A stretch of DNA of 39,041 nt from Octopus bimaculoides (lineage: Eukaryota), in the NCBI RefSeq assembly GCF_001194135.2, contig NC_068982.1, positions 127,090,830 through 127,129,870 of the forward strand, in the 5' to 3' direction. Position numbers and translations under genes: made by a program. The notes beneath the pieces are model-generated. The model did not search any database and was not told the origin of the DNA. It saw nothing but the letters and a program-made list of their open reading frames with translations. Positions within the stretch are counted from its first letter, which is position 1, and each line of letters begins with the position of its first letter. Below are positions 10,438 to 22,554 of this stretch, piece by piece.

Positions 10438-10899
10438 CAAAAGATCATATGTAAAAGAAACAGATTTAACGAAAACATTTTTCCTCGACTCTAAATGTTT
10501 CTATAGAAATGTCTATATCTATCATTCTTAGGTAGCAAAGTTATCGAAGAATTTTACTTTTTTTTTTATTTGTCTATTACATGGATGAAAGTAAATGTTT
10601 CCATAAGCTTCAGTTTACTAAAGTTACTCTTCTCCATTTCCACAGCAACAGATGAATACATAACGTGACTACACCTCGTACATGGCACTCCAAGCGATTG
10701 CCTGAGATCCTGATACCTTTAACTGGCTCTGATAGCAAACGATCCCACATTAACGTAAACTTCTGCTGAAACACATTACTATGGGAATATCTTATTGCTT
10801 TATTTAAATTCAAAGAAATGAAAGACAACGTCCTTGGTCTCGATAAATGGTTGCGAAATACTTTCCGTTGAATCAACGATTTTTTTCGCATATGATGGT

Positions 10900-11302
10900 G
10901 TTAACGGTTAAATGCATAAGTTTTATTAATCCTTCAATGGAGACAGGAAAAAAAAATTCCATTATTTCACACGTATCTGAATGCTAAACAATTACACGCG
11001 CATACTTACTCATGAATTTCTCACACAAATTGTTCATAAAATCCAACTTGTACATATATAAATTTCATTACTATTCATACTTTTATGATATTTCAAACAA
11101 CAAAGAAATAGTTCCCAACATTAACATAGAAATAACGAAAAATATTAAAACTAACAACATAATATTTTTGTAAAATATTACAGAAAAAAATATGCAGAAA
11201 TCTCAAATGAATGAAGTCAAAAAATATTTGGCGTATCATTTTCATCAGGATTTCTGTCATGGGCGTGAGCGAAACATTTCGTTTAACTGCCATAGGCACT
11301 AC
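10900..11302 (-). other. Candidate terminal exon (short coding end plus AT-rich 3' UTR)
   Basis: Strong acceptor TTTCCTTTTGCAG|G at 11303, then GT AGT GCC TAT GGC AGT TAA (stop 11283-11285) and AATAAA at ~10922-10927. Based on splice signals only. Confidence 0.3.
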
Positions 11303-11830
11303 CTGCAAAAGGAAATGACATGGTAGATATATGATTGCTTTGTCACGACAAAGCATACGAAGTCGAGGTACATAAAACTATAGATAACTTTCCAGATAAC
11401 GAATCTGTGACTCGATTTCGAGTTTTGGCTGAAGTTAAATCATTTCACTTATGTCACGGGAGTTTCTAATTAAGGAAGAAACGACATGCGATCATAAGCA
11501 TCTTTCCAAAGAATTTATTCCTGAAAGAAGGGGAACAAGAAATGTAGAGGAGACTGAATTACTAATTGTGACAAACTCACTTCATTTAAATTGTTAATAT
11601 TCTTGACAAAGCGTGAATGTTTCACGATATTATTTTCTGTTTACCCATAAATCTGAGGCATAACGAAAGAAATATCAGAATACATTAATTTATCAATGGA
11701 ATTTATACCAATAACTAGCAATTTTGCTATTACCAGTTTATTCTTGTAATTAAATAGCTCTAGTTATTTTCTTACACGAACACGTGACTATCACTTTGAT
11801 GGGTAATTAGAACCTGAAGAGTTAACTCAC

Positions 11831-11868
11831 CGGAAACTAATCTCTTATAGTATTGGGTTCGCCACAAA
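11831..11868 (-). other. Candidate 38-nt exon
   Basis: GTTTGTTTATTCAG|TTTGTGG...TTTCCG|GTGAGT. One open frame (LWRTQYYKRLVS-G) is phase-compatible with the candidate terminal exon. Confidence 0.3.
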
Positions 11869-11968
11869 CTGAATAAACAAACTATTTGTGATTGACACTT
11901 GGTTGCATATTGCTGAAGGTAGGGTGTAGTTGACTTACTTAGGTTCAAGGTTTTTTTTCTGTTTATAA

Positions 11969-12183
11969 GGCGGTGAGCTGGCAGAATCGTTACCGCGCCA
12001 GACAAAAATAGCAGAATTTCTTTCGACTTTACGTTCTAAGTTCAAATGCCACCGTGGTCAACTTTATCTTTTATCCTTTCTGCATCGATGAAATAAATAC
12101 CAGTTGAATACTGGGGTTGATGTAATCGACTTAACCCGTCTCCCAAAATTTCTGGCCTTGTACCAAAATTTGAAACCAATATA
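11969..12183 (+). mobile_element. SINE family C
   Basis: GGCGGTGAGCTGGCAGAATCGTTA...GTTCAAAT (box B-like)...GGGGTTGATGTAATCGACTTAA...TTGTACCAAAATTTGAAACC. Confidence 0.88.
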
Positions 12184-12190
12184 TTTTCTA

Positions 12191-12577
12191 GGAGAGGCTG
12201 CGTGGTAAGTAGTTTGCTTACCAACCACATGGTTCCGGGTTCAGTCCCACTGCGTGGTAATTGGACAAGTGTCTTCTACTATAGCCTTGGGCCGACCAAA
12301 GCCTTGTGAGTGGATTTGGTAGACGGAAACTGAAAGAAGCCCGTCATATATATGTATATATATATGTGTTTGTTTGTGTGTCTGTGTTTGTTCCCCCAAC
12401 ATTGCTTGATAACCGATGCTGGTGTGTTTACGTCCCCGTAACATAGCGGTTCGGCAAAAGTGACCGATAGAATAAGTACTAGGCTTACAAAGAATAAGTC
12501 CTGGGGTCGATTTGCTTGACTAAAGGCGGTGCTCCAGCATGGCCGCAGTCAAATGACTGAAACAAGTAAAAGAGTAA
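12191..12577 (+). mobile_element. SINE family B (full length)
   Basis: GGCTGCGTGGTAAGTAG...GGGTTCAGTCCCACTGCGTGG through to GAAACAAGTAAAAGAGTAA. Confidence 0.9.
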
Positions 12578-12586
12578 TTATTTTAC

Positions 12587-12808
12587 ATGCAGCAAGTTGG
12601 CAGAATTGTTAATACGTTGGGTAAACTACTTAGCTGTATTTCTTCTGGGTTTTTTACGTCCTGGGTTCAAATTCCACCGAGGTCGGCTTTGCTTGTCCTC
12701 ATTTCGAGGTTGATAAAATAAGTACTAGTCGAGCCCTGGGGTCAATGTAATCAACTCACACCCTCTCTTTAAAACTGTTGGTTTTGTACCAAAAATTGAA
12801 AGAATTAT
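12587..12808 (+). mobile_element. SINE family C (diverged)
   Basis: TTGGCAGAATTGTTAA...GGGTTCAAATTCCACCGAGGTCGG...GGGGTCAATGTAATCAACT. Confidence 0.8.
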
Positions 12809-13121
12809 TTTATACATCTTGAAAGACAATGCAAGGTTTGACAGTTAAAAGGGATTGGCGTTTATGGAATGTCTATGTTCAAACTATTCTCAGTATAAGT
12901 AATTTAGCTATCAACATGAATGGTCCCCCTAGTTTTAAAACTCAACATTCAAGAACCTTAACTTAGGGCTCTTGTCATAAAATATTGTAATTATAGGTTT
13001 ATTTCGCTTTGGTTAATGAGTTTATTCTTATGGGAGAGAAGAAATGAAAATAGATTCTACTTGGTTCTAAAGTGCATTGACGGCGTAAGTGAAGTTATAT
13101 GGTTACATAAAAAAAGAGTCG

Positions 13122-13534
13122 AGTACTTTTTGGTTATCTCAACCCCATTAAAAAATTACCATTAAAAAATTGGGTTACCTCCCCTCTAAAAAGATTGAGT
13201 TCGTGGCGACAAGAGATTGAATTAAAGATGTTAGATCCTTTTGACTCAATACTTCAACACATTGTTAACATTTGACCTCCTCAATAGGCATGGTATGATG
13301 TGTTATAAAAATATTATTAGATTCAATAAGATGATTCATTTTTTTCAGTTTTCCTGTTTATTAATTTTTTCACTTTTCATGTTTATTGATTTCTCCATAT
13401 TTTTTTTTTTTTGTTCTATTGAGGGTTAAACAATGTTTTTAGGTGGGGGAGATATAAGTACCGATATTTTTCATTAAACGGGGCGGGGGAGATAATCCAA
13501 TTTTTTAATGGGGGTGAGATAACCAAAATGTACC
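13122..13534. mobile_element. Merlin-like MITE (no telomeric repeats)
   Basis: Termini AGTACTTTTTGGTTATCTCAACCCCAT / ATGGGGGTGAGATAACCAAAATGTACC (consensus GGTAC). Perfect 8-bp TSD AAGAGTCG (13114-13121, 13535-13542). Subterminal inverted GGGGAG(A/G)TAA motifs. Confidence 0.8.
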
Positions 13535-13829
13535 AAGAGTCGAAGTCATGAAACAAAAGGAGCTTTCTCTATACAGTAGATTGTTAATTGTTTTTTTTTT
13601 CTCTTTTTCATTAGGTACCAAAGCCATATATTTAAGTGGAAAAATCGTGTTCTTGATTTTTAAAGAAGATACGCACTGGTGTATTTGTGTATGTTTGATT
13701 CACTTTTCATAAATTTAAAGATTAACTATAACTAGGAAATAAGCTGTATATAAAATATCTGTCTTTGTATGTGCGATCGAATACCACCAGTTTGTATATA
13801 GACGTAACGTAGGCCCAGCAAGACTGAAT

Positions 13830-14110
13830 GATAAAGAAACTCACTTCGAAATCGCGAAGTTCCGGATTCGCACTTTCTGCGTGACATCTTGGGCACGTAT
13901 CATTTTCTATAGCCTCGGGTAGACCTATGAGTGGACAGAAACTGTATAGAAGCTCGTCGATTGGACTGTAGGTTTAATTCAAAAGGTACAGCCTTGTCTC
14001 TCACACACTGTCACGTTGGTTCTGCTTGAGAATTATATTAAGGGTTCGCATGTCAGTGGAATGCTCGGTTACACGTTAATCCAAGAGCAGGAATCCAGTT
14101 GATCATATTA
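13830..14110 (+). mobile_element. Degenerate SINE fragments (B-like head, then family A tail)
   Basis: CTATAGCCTCGGGTAGACC...AGAAACTGTATAGAAGCTCGTCG is B-like. CAGCCTTGTC...ACGTTAATCC...CCAGTTGATC matches the A tail. Confidence 0.5.
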
Positions 14111-14154
14111 CTGAATCGTCATCGTCGAACGACGGGTAAAAACACAACAATAAC

Positions 14155-14188
14155 ATCATCATCGTCGTCGTCGTCGTCGTCGTCGTCG

Positions 14189-14242
<54 letters not shown>

Positions 14243-14290
14243 ATAACAACAACAACAACACCAACACCGCCACCACCATTATTGCCATTG
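14155..14290. repeat. (TCG)n-(TCA)n-(ACA)n compound trinucleotide repeat
   Basis: Directly visible. Confidence 0.92.
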
Positions 14291-16439
14291 CCACGATATC
14301 TGCGCATTGCTGAGATCAACGGGTATGTGTTCTATGGTGTTTGTATATGTATGCGTGTGCACATGTATGTATGTTTGTATGATGTGTATGTGTGTGTGTA
14401 TGATCAGCGTGTATATCATTTGTGTATGAATAAATAAAACGAAAGGAAAAAAAAAAAACAGAAACTTTGTGAAACAAAGAAACGATAAAATATGTATGTG
14501 TGAGTATACCAGACGGTAAGACACGGAGATCATGTATGCGTGAACACATATACACATATGCAAACACACATATATGTGTGTATGTATGTATGTATGTATG
14601 TATGTATGTATGTATGTATATATATGCATGTATGTGTGTGTATATACATGTNNNNNNNNNNATATATATATATATATATATACATGTATGTGTTTATGTG
14701 TGTATGTCTATATGCATCTGTTGTACGTTTATGTGAATAATGTAGATCATTGTTTGTGGAAAGTAAACATAACCATCGGCTTTTTGTCTGGATTGCAGAC
14801 CAAGCATGTGTCCTGTCAACGACAAAGCAAAGGCTGAATGCAACGTGTGGTAAACCAACTAAAATGTAAACATATTAGAGTGTCGGGTGTTGTTCCTACT
14901 TCATGGACTTATTCAGCTCGAAATAGCAATAATTTGCTCTAAATAATTGTCGAACAATAAAACAATAAACACCGAAAATTTTGTGAATAAAGAAGGGCGT
15001 CAGGTTAATCTATACAACAAAAGACTGTCTCAATGGGGTTAGGGGCGAAGTTAGGAATAAAGGTGACAGCCATGATGGTTATAGTTGATGGCAGGCAACA
15101 ATTTGTAGTTCTTACAAATTTACTGACTCAGGAAAAACATGGACGATGTCTCTTGCTCTTTCCCCTTCCGTTATAACTCTAAGACTTACTATGTTACAAG
15201 TCATTATGATTACTGGTAATTAAGGATTCAGTGATTATATTAGAAAGGAAATTCAAAAGAAAATAATGAATAAAAATAAACAAATGAAGAACTGTCATGT
15301 TGATAAAGGCTGAACCTTTAGTTTTTACTGTGTTACATTCCAAGGAATGTTCAAAAAACGCTGAAAGAAGTATACAAGAAGAGGTTAAAAATGAGATAGG
15401 TGAAATGGCTCAACTGAGAATTGAAACCGCATCGTAAACATTATTTTCCAAGGCTAAATCTATACACTGTACTTACTTAGTGTACAAATTTATATTTGAT
15501 TTTAACTAAAAAAAAAAAATACTGGAGTGCAAATTATACAAGGGACAATGTGAAAACTATGAAGGGAAAAAAGTTGTGTGCCAAGACTTAACATTAAAGA
15601 GAGGGTTGTGATATATACATGAAAATCTGCAGTAAATGTATCACCTGTGAATGATTAGCAAAATTAGATTTGCACACGTAGTTGGTGATAGATTGGAGAT
15701 CTGGGATAAAAAGAAATAAATAACAACTGCAGATTTTATGAAATCAGATCATAGAGCAAAAGACAAACTAAATAAATTAACATCCGTTTGTAATCCAAAC
15801 AAAACGTCTGAAAGCTATGTGAGATGCTAAAAGTGCAAGGGAACAAGAGATTTCCAGCAAGTTGGTAGGCCAAAATGAAAGCCAAAGAATAACTTCAATC
15901 TTCAGGATGTAGATGCAAAAAAAAAAAAAAAAAAAAAAAAAGCCCTGTTTCTATTCCTGTAAATATCACAGAGTATATGATTCATGGATAGAACCACTCA
16001 TGATCAACAGGAGGTATACTATAATGAAACTTCTGATATCACTGTAGATAAAGTAGATAACCTACAATCAGGATAAACTATTATAGCCACAAGGCTAGCA
16101 TATTATTACAGTGTTAGACAAAAGTCTGAAAGAATGACACTATATATCATTCATCAATGATAGAACATTCAGGATTATCCTGAGAATAACCCTGACTCAG
16201 TGATATGTTTGCTGAGAATGAATAGCTTGTAGAAAAAAAGGAGAAAAAAATAAATAAAAATAATCCTACAACAATTTATCTTAACTGTACAACAGGCAAG
16301 CTTAGGATTATGTTTTAAATAAAGACAGGCAAAAATCAAAGTATGAATTAATGTGAGGACCCTGTAGGAAAGTTACTTTCACACAACATGGAAATTTGAA
16401 AAAAAAACACAAACACTCACAAAAAATTTAATAGTATGA

Positions 16440-17200
16440 TGTTACTAGCAATGAAAGAACCCGTTCAAGGATCCATTGATGCTGTCAATTCCTTGTGTTT
16501 ATAAAACCAAACAGGAAGCTGAGTGTCTGTTGGCAGCTAAGACTTCTGAATAAAGTCTCCAAATTACTCCTGAATTGAATATAAGTGTATCCTTTTATAT
16601 TTTTAAAAGAATTAATGAAAGAATTTATGTGTTGTGATATGGAGTGAATATAGATCAATTCTCTTCACATATAACAAAACATTTCTGGTGATGAACAACA
16701 TTGGACTGTTTATTAGAGACTGGACATGGCTACATGGTAGAATAGCTCTTCTGTACAACAATATACCAGACTTAACCTCACAGAGTGTATGAATTTCTCT
16801 GATGAAACAAATGTTAAATGCATCCAACTACATTCCAGAAAAATCAGGGAGAATGATGCCATTTATCACTTCCAAAAAAAAACCAGTTACTATGATTTTG
16901 TGCACCGATCACTGGCTCTTGAACTTCTTATGTTTTGGAGGGGCTAAGCTTTTGTTTCAAGATCATAAAGATAAGTTCCCATTTCAACCTGTGTCATCAA
17001 AATCATGATTTATTGACCACAAATATTTCCAGCAAATCAGAACATTCTCCTTGATTTTCTGGATTGTAGTTATAAAGAAGCCATTAAGAGGAAGAGACCA
17101 AACAAGATTCTGAAAATGGCCCACCATGATAACATATAACTATGCACATCTTTGGCAACATATGAGGCAATCAACAAATTATGCTGGTCAGTGTTTTCTC
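16440..17200 (+). mobile_element. Highly decayed Ty3/Gypsy pol relic
   Basis: Motif-like fragments in Gypsy order: VFIKPNRKLSVCWQLRLLNKVS (RT start, cf. KKxGxLRxCxDYRxLN), PVTMILCTDHWLL (RNase H TDH motif), KILKMAHHD...ATYEAINKLCW (integrase H-H zinc-binding start). Many stops and deletions. Confidence 0.4.
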
Positions 17201-17388
17201 CATCCACTGTACAGTTTGAATTTGGTATCCTCTACCTCCCACTTATTAAATTTAAAGATTGTAATAAATAGTATTATGATAGGATCATGACAAATAGTTA
17301 AACCTTCAAATCAAATAAGCAGTTTGAATCTATTTATGTTTCTTCAAATCTTTAAAATACAATTACAATTCAAATCAACTCTACTTAC

Positions 17389-17427
17389 GACCAAGAGACC
17401 ACTTGTTCATAGTAAATCTATGGTATT
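17389..17427 (-). other. Candidate 39-nt exon
   Basis: TGTCTGTTCTAG|AATACC...CTTGGTC|GTAAGT. One open frame (E)YHRFTMNKWSLG, phase 1-1. Confidence 0.25.
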
Positions 17428-17569
17428 CTAGAACAGACATATAGATAAATATCCAGTACTCATGTAGCTAAATAATATTCACTGTTCAAACAGCATTCAA
17501 TCCATAGTAGTCCGTTCATTAGTATACCAACATCATCATCAGCAGCAGCATAATAATGATAATGATAAT

Positions 17570-17783
17570 AATTCTTTCTACTGAAAGTACAAGGCCTCAA
17601 ATTTTGGGGAAGGGATTAAGTCGATTACATCAATCCCAGTGTGTAACTGGTACTTTTATTTAATCGACCCCCAAAAGGCTGAAAGGCAAAGTCAACTTCG
17701 GCGGAACTTGAACTCAGAACAAAGTGGCAGATGAAATACTGCTAAGCATTTCACCCAGCATGCTAACAATTCTGCCAGCTTGC
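17570..17783 (-). mobile_element. SINE family C
   Basis: Reverse complement of GGCAAGCTGGCAGAATTGTTAGCA...GAGTTCAAGTTCCGCCGAAG...GATGTAATCGACTTAATCCC. Confidence 0.85.
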
Positions 17784-17801
17784 CTCATCTCCTTTTATCA
17801 A

Positions 17802-17836
<35 letters not shown>

Positions 17837-17889
17837 CGATAATAATAATAATAATGATAATAATAATAATAATAATTATAATAATAATA

Positions 17890-18404
17890 CTCTCTCTCTC
17901 TTTACTCTTTTCAGTCATTTGACTGTTGCCATGCTGGAGCACTGCCTTTAGTCGAGCAAATCGACCCCAGGACAGTACTTATTCTATCGGTCTCTTTTGC
18001 CGAACCGCTAAGTTACGGGGGTCATAAACACANNNNNNNNNNNNNNNNNNNNNNNNNNNNNNNNNNNNNNNNNNNNNNNNNNNNNNNNNNNNNNNNNNNN
18101 NNNNNNNNNNNNNNNNNNNNNNNNNNNNNNNNNNNNNNNNNNNNNNNNNNNNNNNNNNNNNNNNNNNNNNNNNNNNNNNNNNNNNNNNNNNNNNNNNNNN
18201 NNNNNNNNNNNNNNNNNATATATATATATATATATATACATATATACGACGGGCTTCTTTCAGTTTCCACCTACCAAATCCACTCACAAGGCTTTGGTCG
18301 GCTCGAGGCTATAGTAGAAGACACTTCCCCAAGGTGATACGCAGTGGGAATGAACCTGGAACCATGTGGTTGGTAAGCAGGCTACTTACCACATACCCAC
18401 TCCT
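17890..18404 (-). mobile_element. SINE family B spanning an N gap
   Basis: Tail at 17890-18032 and head at 18240-18404. The gap (18033-18217) replaces the internal microsatellite. Confidence 0.85.
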
Positions 18405-19021
18405 AAGGATTTATTGGTATTTTCTACTGTCTCCTTTTATCAAAAACAGTGGAGATGGGATTTTAATATCATATATTTGATAAAAGTAAGTCAATTACAG
18501 ACTGACAATTAGTTAAGGTCATTATCTAATATATAAAGTGTGACTTAAATTTGGTATGCTTAATTTAAATCTATTCTAAAGGATCTCTCATGCTATAGCA
18601 ATGGCAACCCATTTAAGCATAGAATTCACCTTGTAATTTTACTGTTGTAAACACTAAATAAATACAACCTATCTTGATCCTTTTATGACTATATTTCTGT
18701 TTAAGTACACAGCCCTTGTTTCAATTGTTTAATTAATTCTGAAAACAATGCAGAATTTAGAATTATAATTTCATTATTATTAAACTGAGATTTGGAGTAT
18801 AAATTAATATGAAAGAAGGTTTTAATTTAAATGACTTTAAACAGAAAGCTTGTATCACAGAACCTGAGGTAGTTTCAAACAAGTTGAAATTGAATGGGTT
18901 AATATACTAAATGAATCATTCATCGAGGTTTACTTGATTACTTAACTTCAGTGGTTAAGAATAGACTTGTACTGTTTCATTGCCAACTATCCCTTATATG
19001 TGTATATTACAGCCGAACAGA

Positions 19022-19054
<33 letters not shown>

Positions 19055-19104
19055 AAAAAAATCAACTTACCCTGAAAACAACAATATAGCTATATTGAAC
19101 AACT

Positions 19105-19142
<38 letters not shown>

Positions 19143-19149
19143 ACATGTA

Positions 19150-19300
19150 TATGATGAGTTTCTTTCAGTTTCCATCAACCACATCCACTTGCAAGGCTTT
19201 GGTCAGCCTGCGGCCACTATTTCAGGGTGTTGCACAGTGGGACTGAACCCAAAACCACATGGTTGGGAACTGAACTTCTTATCCATATAGCCATGCCTGC
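19150..19300 (-). mobile_element. SINE family B, 5' portion
   Basis: TTTCTTTCAGTTTCC...GCAGTGGGACTGAACCC...ACTTCTTATCCATATAGCC. Confidence 0.75.
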
Positions 19301-19304
19301 ATCC

Positions 19305-19632
19305 ATACTCTTTACTCTTTACTCTTTTAAATGTTTCAGTCATTTGACTGCAGCCATGCTGGAGCAGCATCTTTTAGTCGAAGAAATCGACCCCAGGAAT
19401 TTTTCTTTGTAAGCCTAGTACTTATTCTATCGGTCTCTTTTGCTGGAGCACTGCCTTAAGTCGAACACATCGAACCCAGAACTTATTCTTTGTAAGCCTA
19501 GTACTTATTCTATCAGTCGCTTTTGCTGAACTGCTGAGTTACAGGGACGTAATAAACACACCAACATCGGTTGTCAAGTGATAATGGCGGGACAAACACA
19601 GGCACACAAATACATGCATACATACATACATA

Positions 19633-19666
<34 letters not shown>
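19305..19666 (-). mobile_element. SINE family B, 3' portion with an internal duplication
   Basis: Tail (TACTCTTT)n and body up to the TA repeat at the gap. An ~80-nt segment is repeated. Confidence 0.8.
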
Positions 19667-21004
19667 NNNNNNNNNNNNNNNNNNNNNNNNNNNNNNNNNN
19701 NNNNNNNNNNNNNNNNNNNNNNNNNNNNNNNNNNNNNNNNNNNNNNNNNNNNNNNNNNNNNNNNNNNNNNNNNNNNNNNNNNNNNNNNNNNNNNNNNNNN
19801 NNNNNNNNNNNNNNNNNNNNNNNNNNNNNNNNNNNNNNNNNNNNNNNNNNNNNNNNNNNNNNNNNNNNNNNNNNNNNNNNNNNNNNNNNNNNNNNNNNNN
19901 NNNNNNNNNNNNNNNNNNNNNNNNNNNNNNNNNNNNNNNNNNNNNNNNNNNNNNNNNNNNNNNNNNNNNNNNNNNNNNNNNNNNNNNNNNNNNNNNNNNN
20001 NNNNNNNNNNNNNNNNNNNNNNNNNNNNNNNNNNNNNNNNNNNNNNNNNNNNNNNNNNNNNNNNNNNNNNNNNNNNNNNNNNNNNNNNNNNNNNNNNNNN
20101 NNNNNNNNNNNNNNNNNNNNNNNNNNNNNNNNNNNNNNNNNNNNNNNNNNNNNNNNNNNNNNNNNNNNNNNNNNNNNNNNNNNNNNNNNNNNNNNNNNNN
20201 NNNNNNNNNNNNNNNNNNNNNNNNNNNNNNNNNNNNNNNNNNNNNNNNNNNNNNNNNNNNNNNNNNNNNNNNNNNNNNNNNNNNNNNNNNNNNNNNNNNN
20301 NNNNNNNNNNNNNNNNNNNNNNNNNNNNNNNNNNNNNNNNNNNNNNNNNNNNNNNNNNNNNNNNNNNNNNNNNNNNNNNNNNNNNNNNNNNNNNNNNNNN
20401 NNNNNNNNNNNNNNNNNNNNNNNNNNNNNNNNNNNNNNNNNNNNNNNNNNNNNNGGGGGGGGGGATATTGAATAAAATCATGATAAACTAATCCTCCTGT
20501 ATTTTCTTTTACCCAAAGCCAGGATCTTTTCAGTGACCCCTCATATGAGATAAGTCTAACAAAATACATTCAATTATTGACTATAAAGGCTCCAACCAAT
20601 TATAAGCCATTATAAGTCCTTGCTAAAATGAGCCAACACTAAAACTATGAACCTACACTGGAACCATAATCTTATTAAAAACATTATATAATGAACTCTC
20701 TCCATCTCAACAGGTAAATCTATGCTTAAGAGTGCAGTACATAATTAACACTAACAGCATCTTATAAAATCTACACTGACCAGCACATTGCATAATATAA
20801 ACTCAACAACATGCATTATCATCTATACTTATATATCCCATATAGAATGCTCAGCATAATAAGTAGTATCACATCATAATGCTAAATAGAACATTACATA
20901 ACCTCTTCTCAAAGTCACATGGCATATCTAATTTCAAAAGCATAATAAGCAGTATTAAGGCTATACTATACAAGCTATATATAACAATGCTATATTTATG
21001 GTGT

Positions 21005-21390
21005 GTGGAGGCACAATGGCCTAGTGGTTAGGGCAGTGGACTCGTGGTCATAAGATCGCGGTTTCGATTCCCAGACCAAGCATTATGAGTGCTTATTGAG
21101 CGAAAACACCTAAAGCTCCACAAGATTCTGGCAGGAGGTGAAGACGAACCCTGCTGTACACTTTCACTACGACTTTCTCTCACTCTTTCTTCCTGTTTCT
21201 GTTGTCCCTGTATTTCAAAGGGCCAGCCTTGTCACACTCTGTGTCACGCTGAATCTCACCCCGAGAACTACATTAAGGGTACAAGTGTCTGTGGAATGCT
21301 CAGCCACTTGCACGTTAATTTCACGAGTAGGCTGTTCTGTTGACTGGATTAACTGGAACCCTCATCGTCATAACCGATGGAGTGGCACAA
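21005..21390 (+). mobile_element. SINE family A (full length)
   Basis: GTGGAGGCACAATGGCCTAGTGG...AACCGATGGAGTGGCACAA. TSD TTTATGGTGT (20995-21004) / TTTATGTTGT (21391-21400). Confidence 0.9.
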
Positions 21391-21616
21391 TTTATGTTGT
21401 ACATAAAAAGTAAACAAAATTAAACATTATATACCTAATATGCTACATGACTTAATACAAAGATACCTTTAGGTACCATAGTATATTCTGTGGAAAATAT
21501 AGTCACAGTTCACACTAGTTATTTCACTTTGCCTGTTTTTCATACAGATACTGAAATCTGAGATAAACATTAGCTGCAACAATTTGACCATGTGAAAAAA
21601 ATGTGGTATGTATGTA

Positions 21617-21659
<43 letters not shown>

Positions 21660-21662
21660 TTA

Positions 21663-21993
21663 TACATTCTTTTATTCTTTTATTTGTTTCACTCATTTGA
21701 CTGTGGCCATGCTGGAACACCACCTTTAGTTAAAGAAATAAACCCCAGGACTTATTCTTTGTAAGCCTAGTACTCATTCTATCGGTCTCTTTCACCGAAC
21801 CGCTAAGTTACAGGGATGTAAACACACCACCATCAGTTATCATGTGATGGCAGGGGAACAAATACAAAGACATACAAATATATACATACATACATATGTA
21901 CATACATACATACATGCATACATACATACATACATCATACATACATCATACATACATCATACATATATATATGTGTGTGTGTGTGTGTGTGTA

Positions 21994-22054
<61 letters not shown>

Positions 22055-22185
22055 ATACAACAGGCTTCTTTCAGTTTCTGTCTACTAAATCCACTGACAA
22101 GGCTTGCCCAAGGTGCCACGTAGTGGGACTGAACCCAGAACCATGTGGTTGGGAAGCAAGCTTCTTAACACACCCACACCTGCAC
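21663..22185 (-). mobile_element. SINE family B with a long internal microsatellite
   Basis: Homologous to the other B copies. Confidence 0.85.
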
Positions 22186-22199
22186 CTGTGTATGTGTGT

Positions 22200-22327
22200 G
22201 TTAAGAGGTTTGCTTCCCTACCACATGGTTTCAGGTTCGGTCTCACTGTGTGGCATGTTCAACAACCTTGGGGCTGACCAGAGCCTGGTGAGTGGATTTG
22301 GTAGACTGAAACTGAAAGAAGTTTGTC
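22200..22327 (+). mobile_element. SINE family B, 5' fragment
   Basis: TTTGCTTCCCTACCACATGGTTTCAGGTTCGGTCTCACTGTGTGG...ACTGAAACTGAAAGAAG. Confidence 0.7.
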
Positions 22328-22554
22328 GAGTAGCAAGGTTTTATAATAATAGTTAATTACAAGTGTACTTTTATTAGTTCCTATTTAATAAATTTAATGT
22401 TTCTATTAGTTACTGGAAAGTTTATATTAAAGCTTGTAAGGATAATATATTAATGAATATGTAGTGTTTTATTATTAACTTTTGAATTATGAAATAATAT
22501 ATTTCACTCATAATTTTTATATTATTTGTTAAATTAAATTCAATCATGTTTCGT

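Noticed and set aside
15190-15510. Additional tiny exon-like segments (23 and 29 nt) with GTAAGT donors
   Set aside because: Phases or stops are incompatible with neighbouring candidates, and such signals are expected by chance in AT-rich DNA.
19513-20569. Long ORFs of ~300 aa (also 17979-18287 and 33932-34471)
   Set aside because: Composed of N gap positions.
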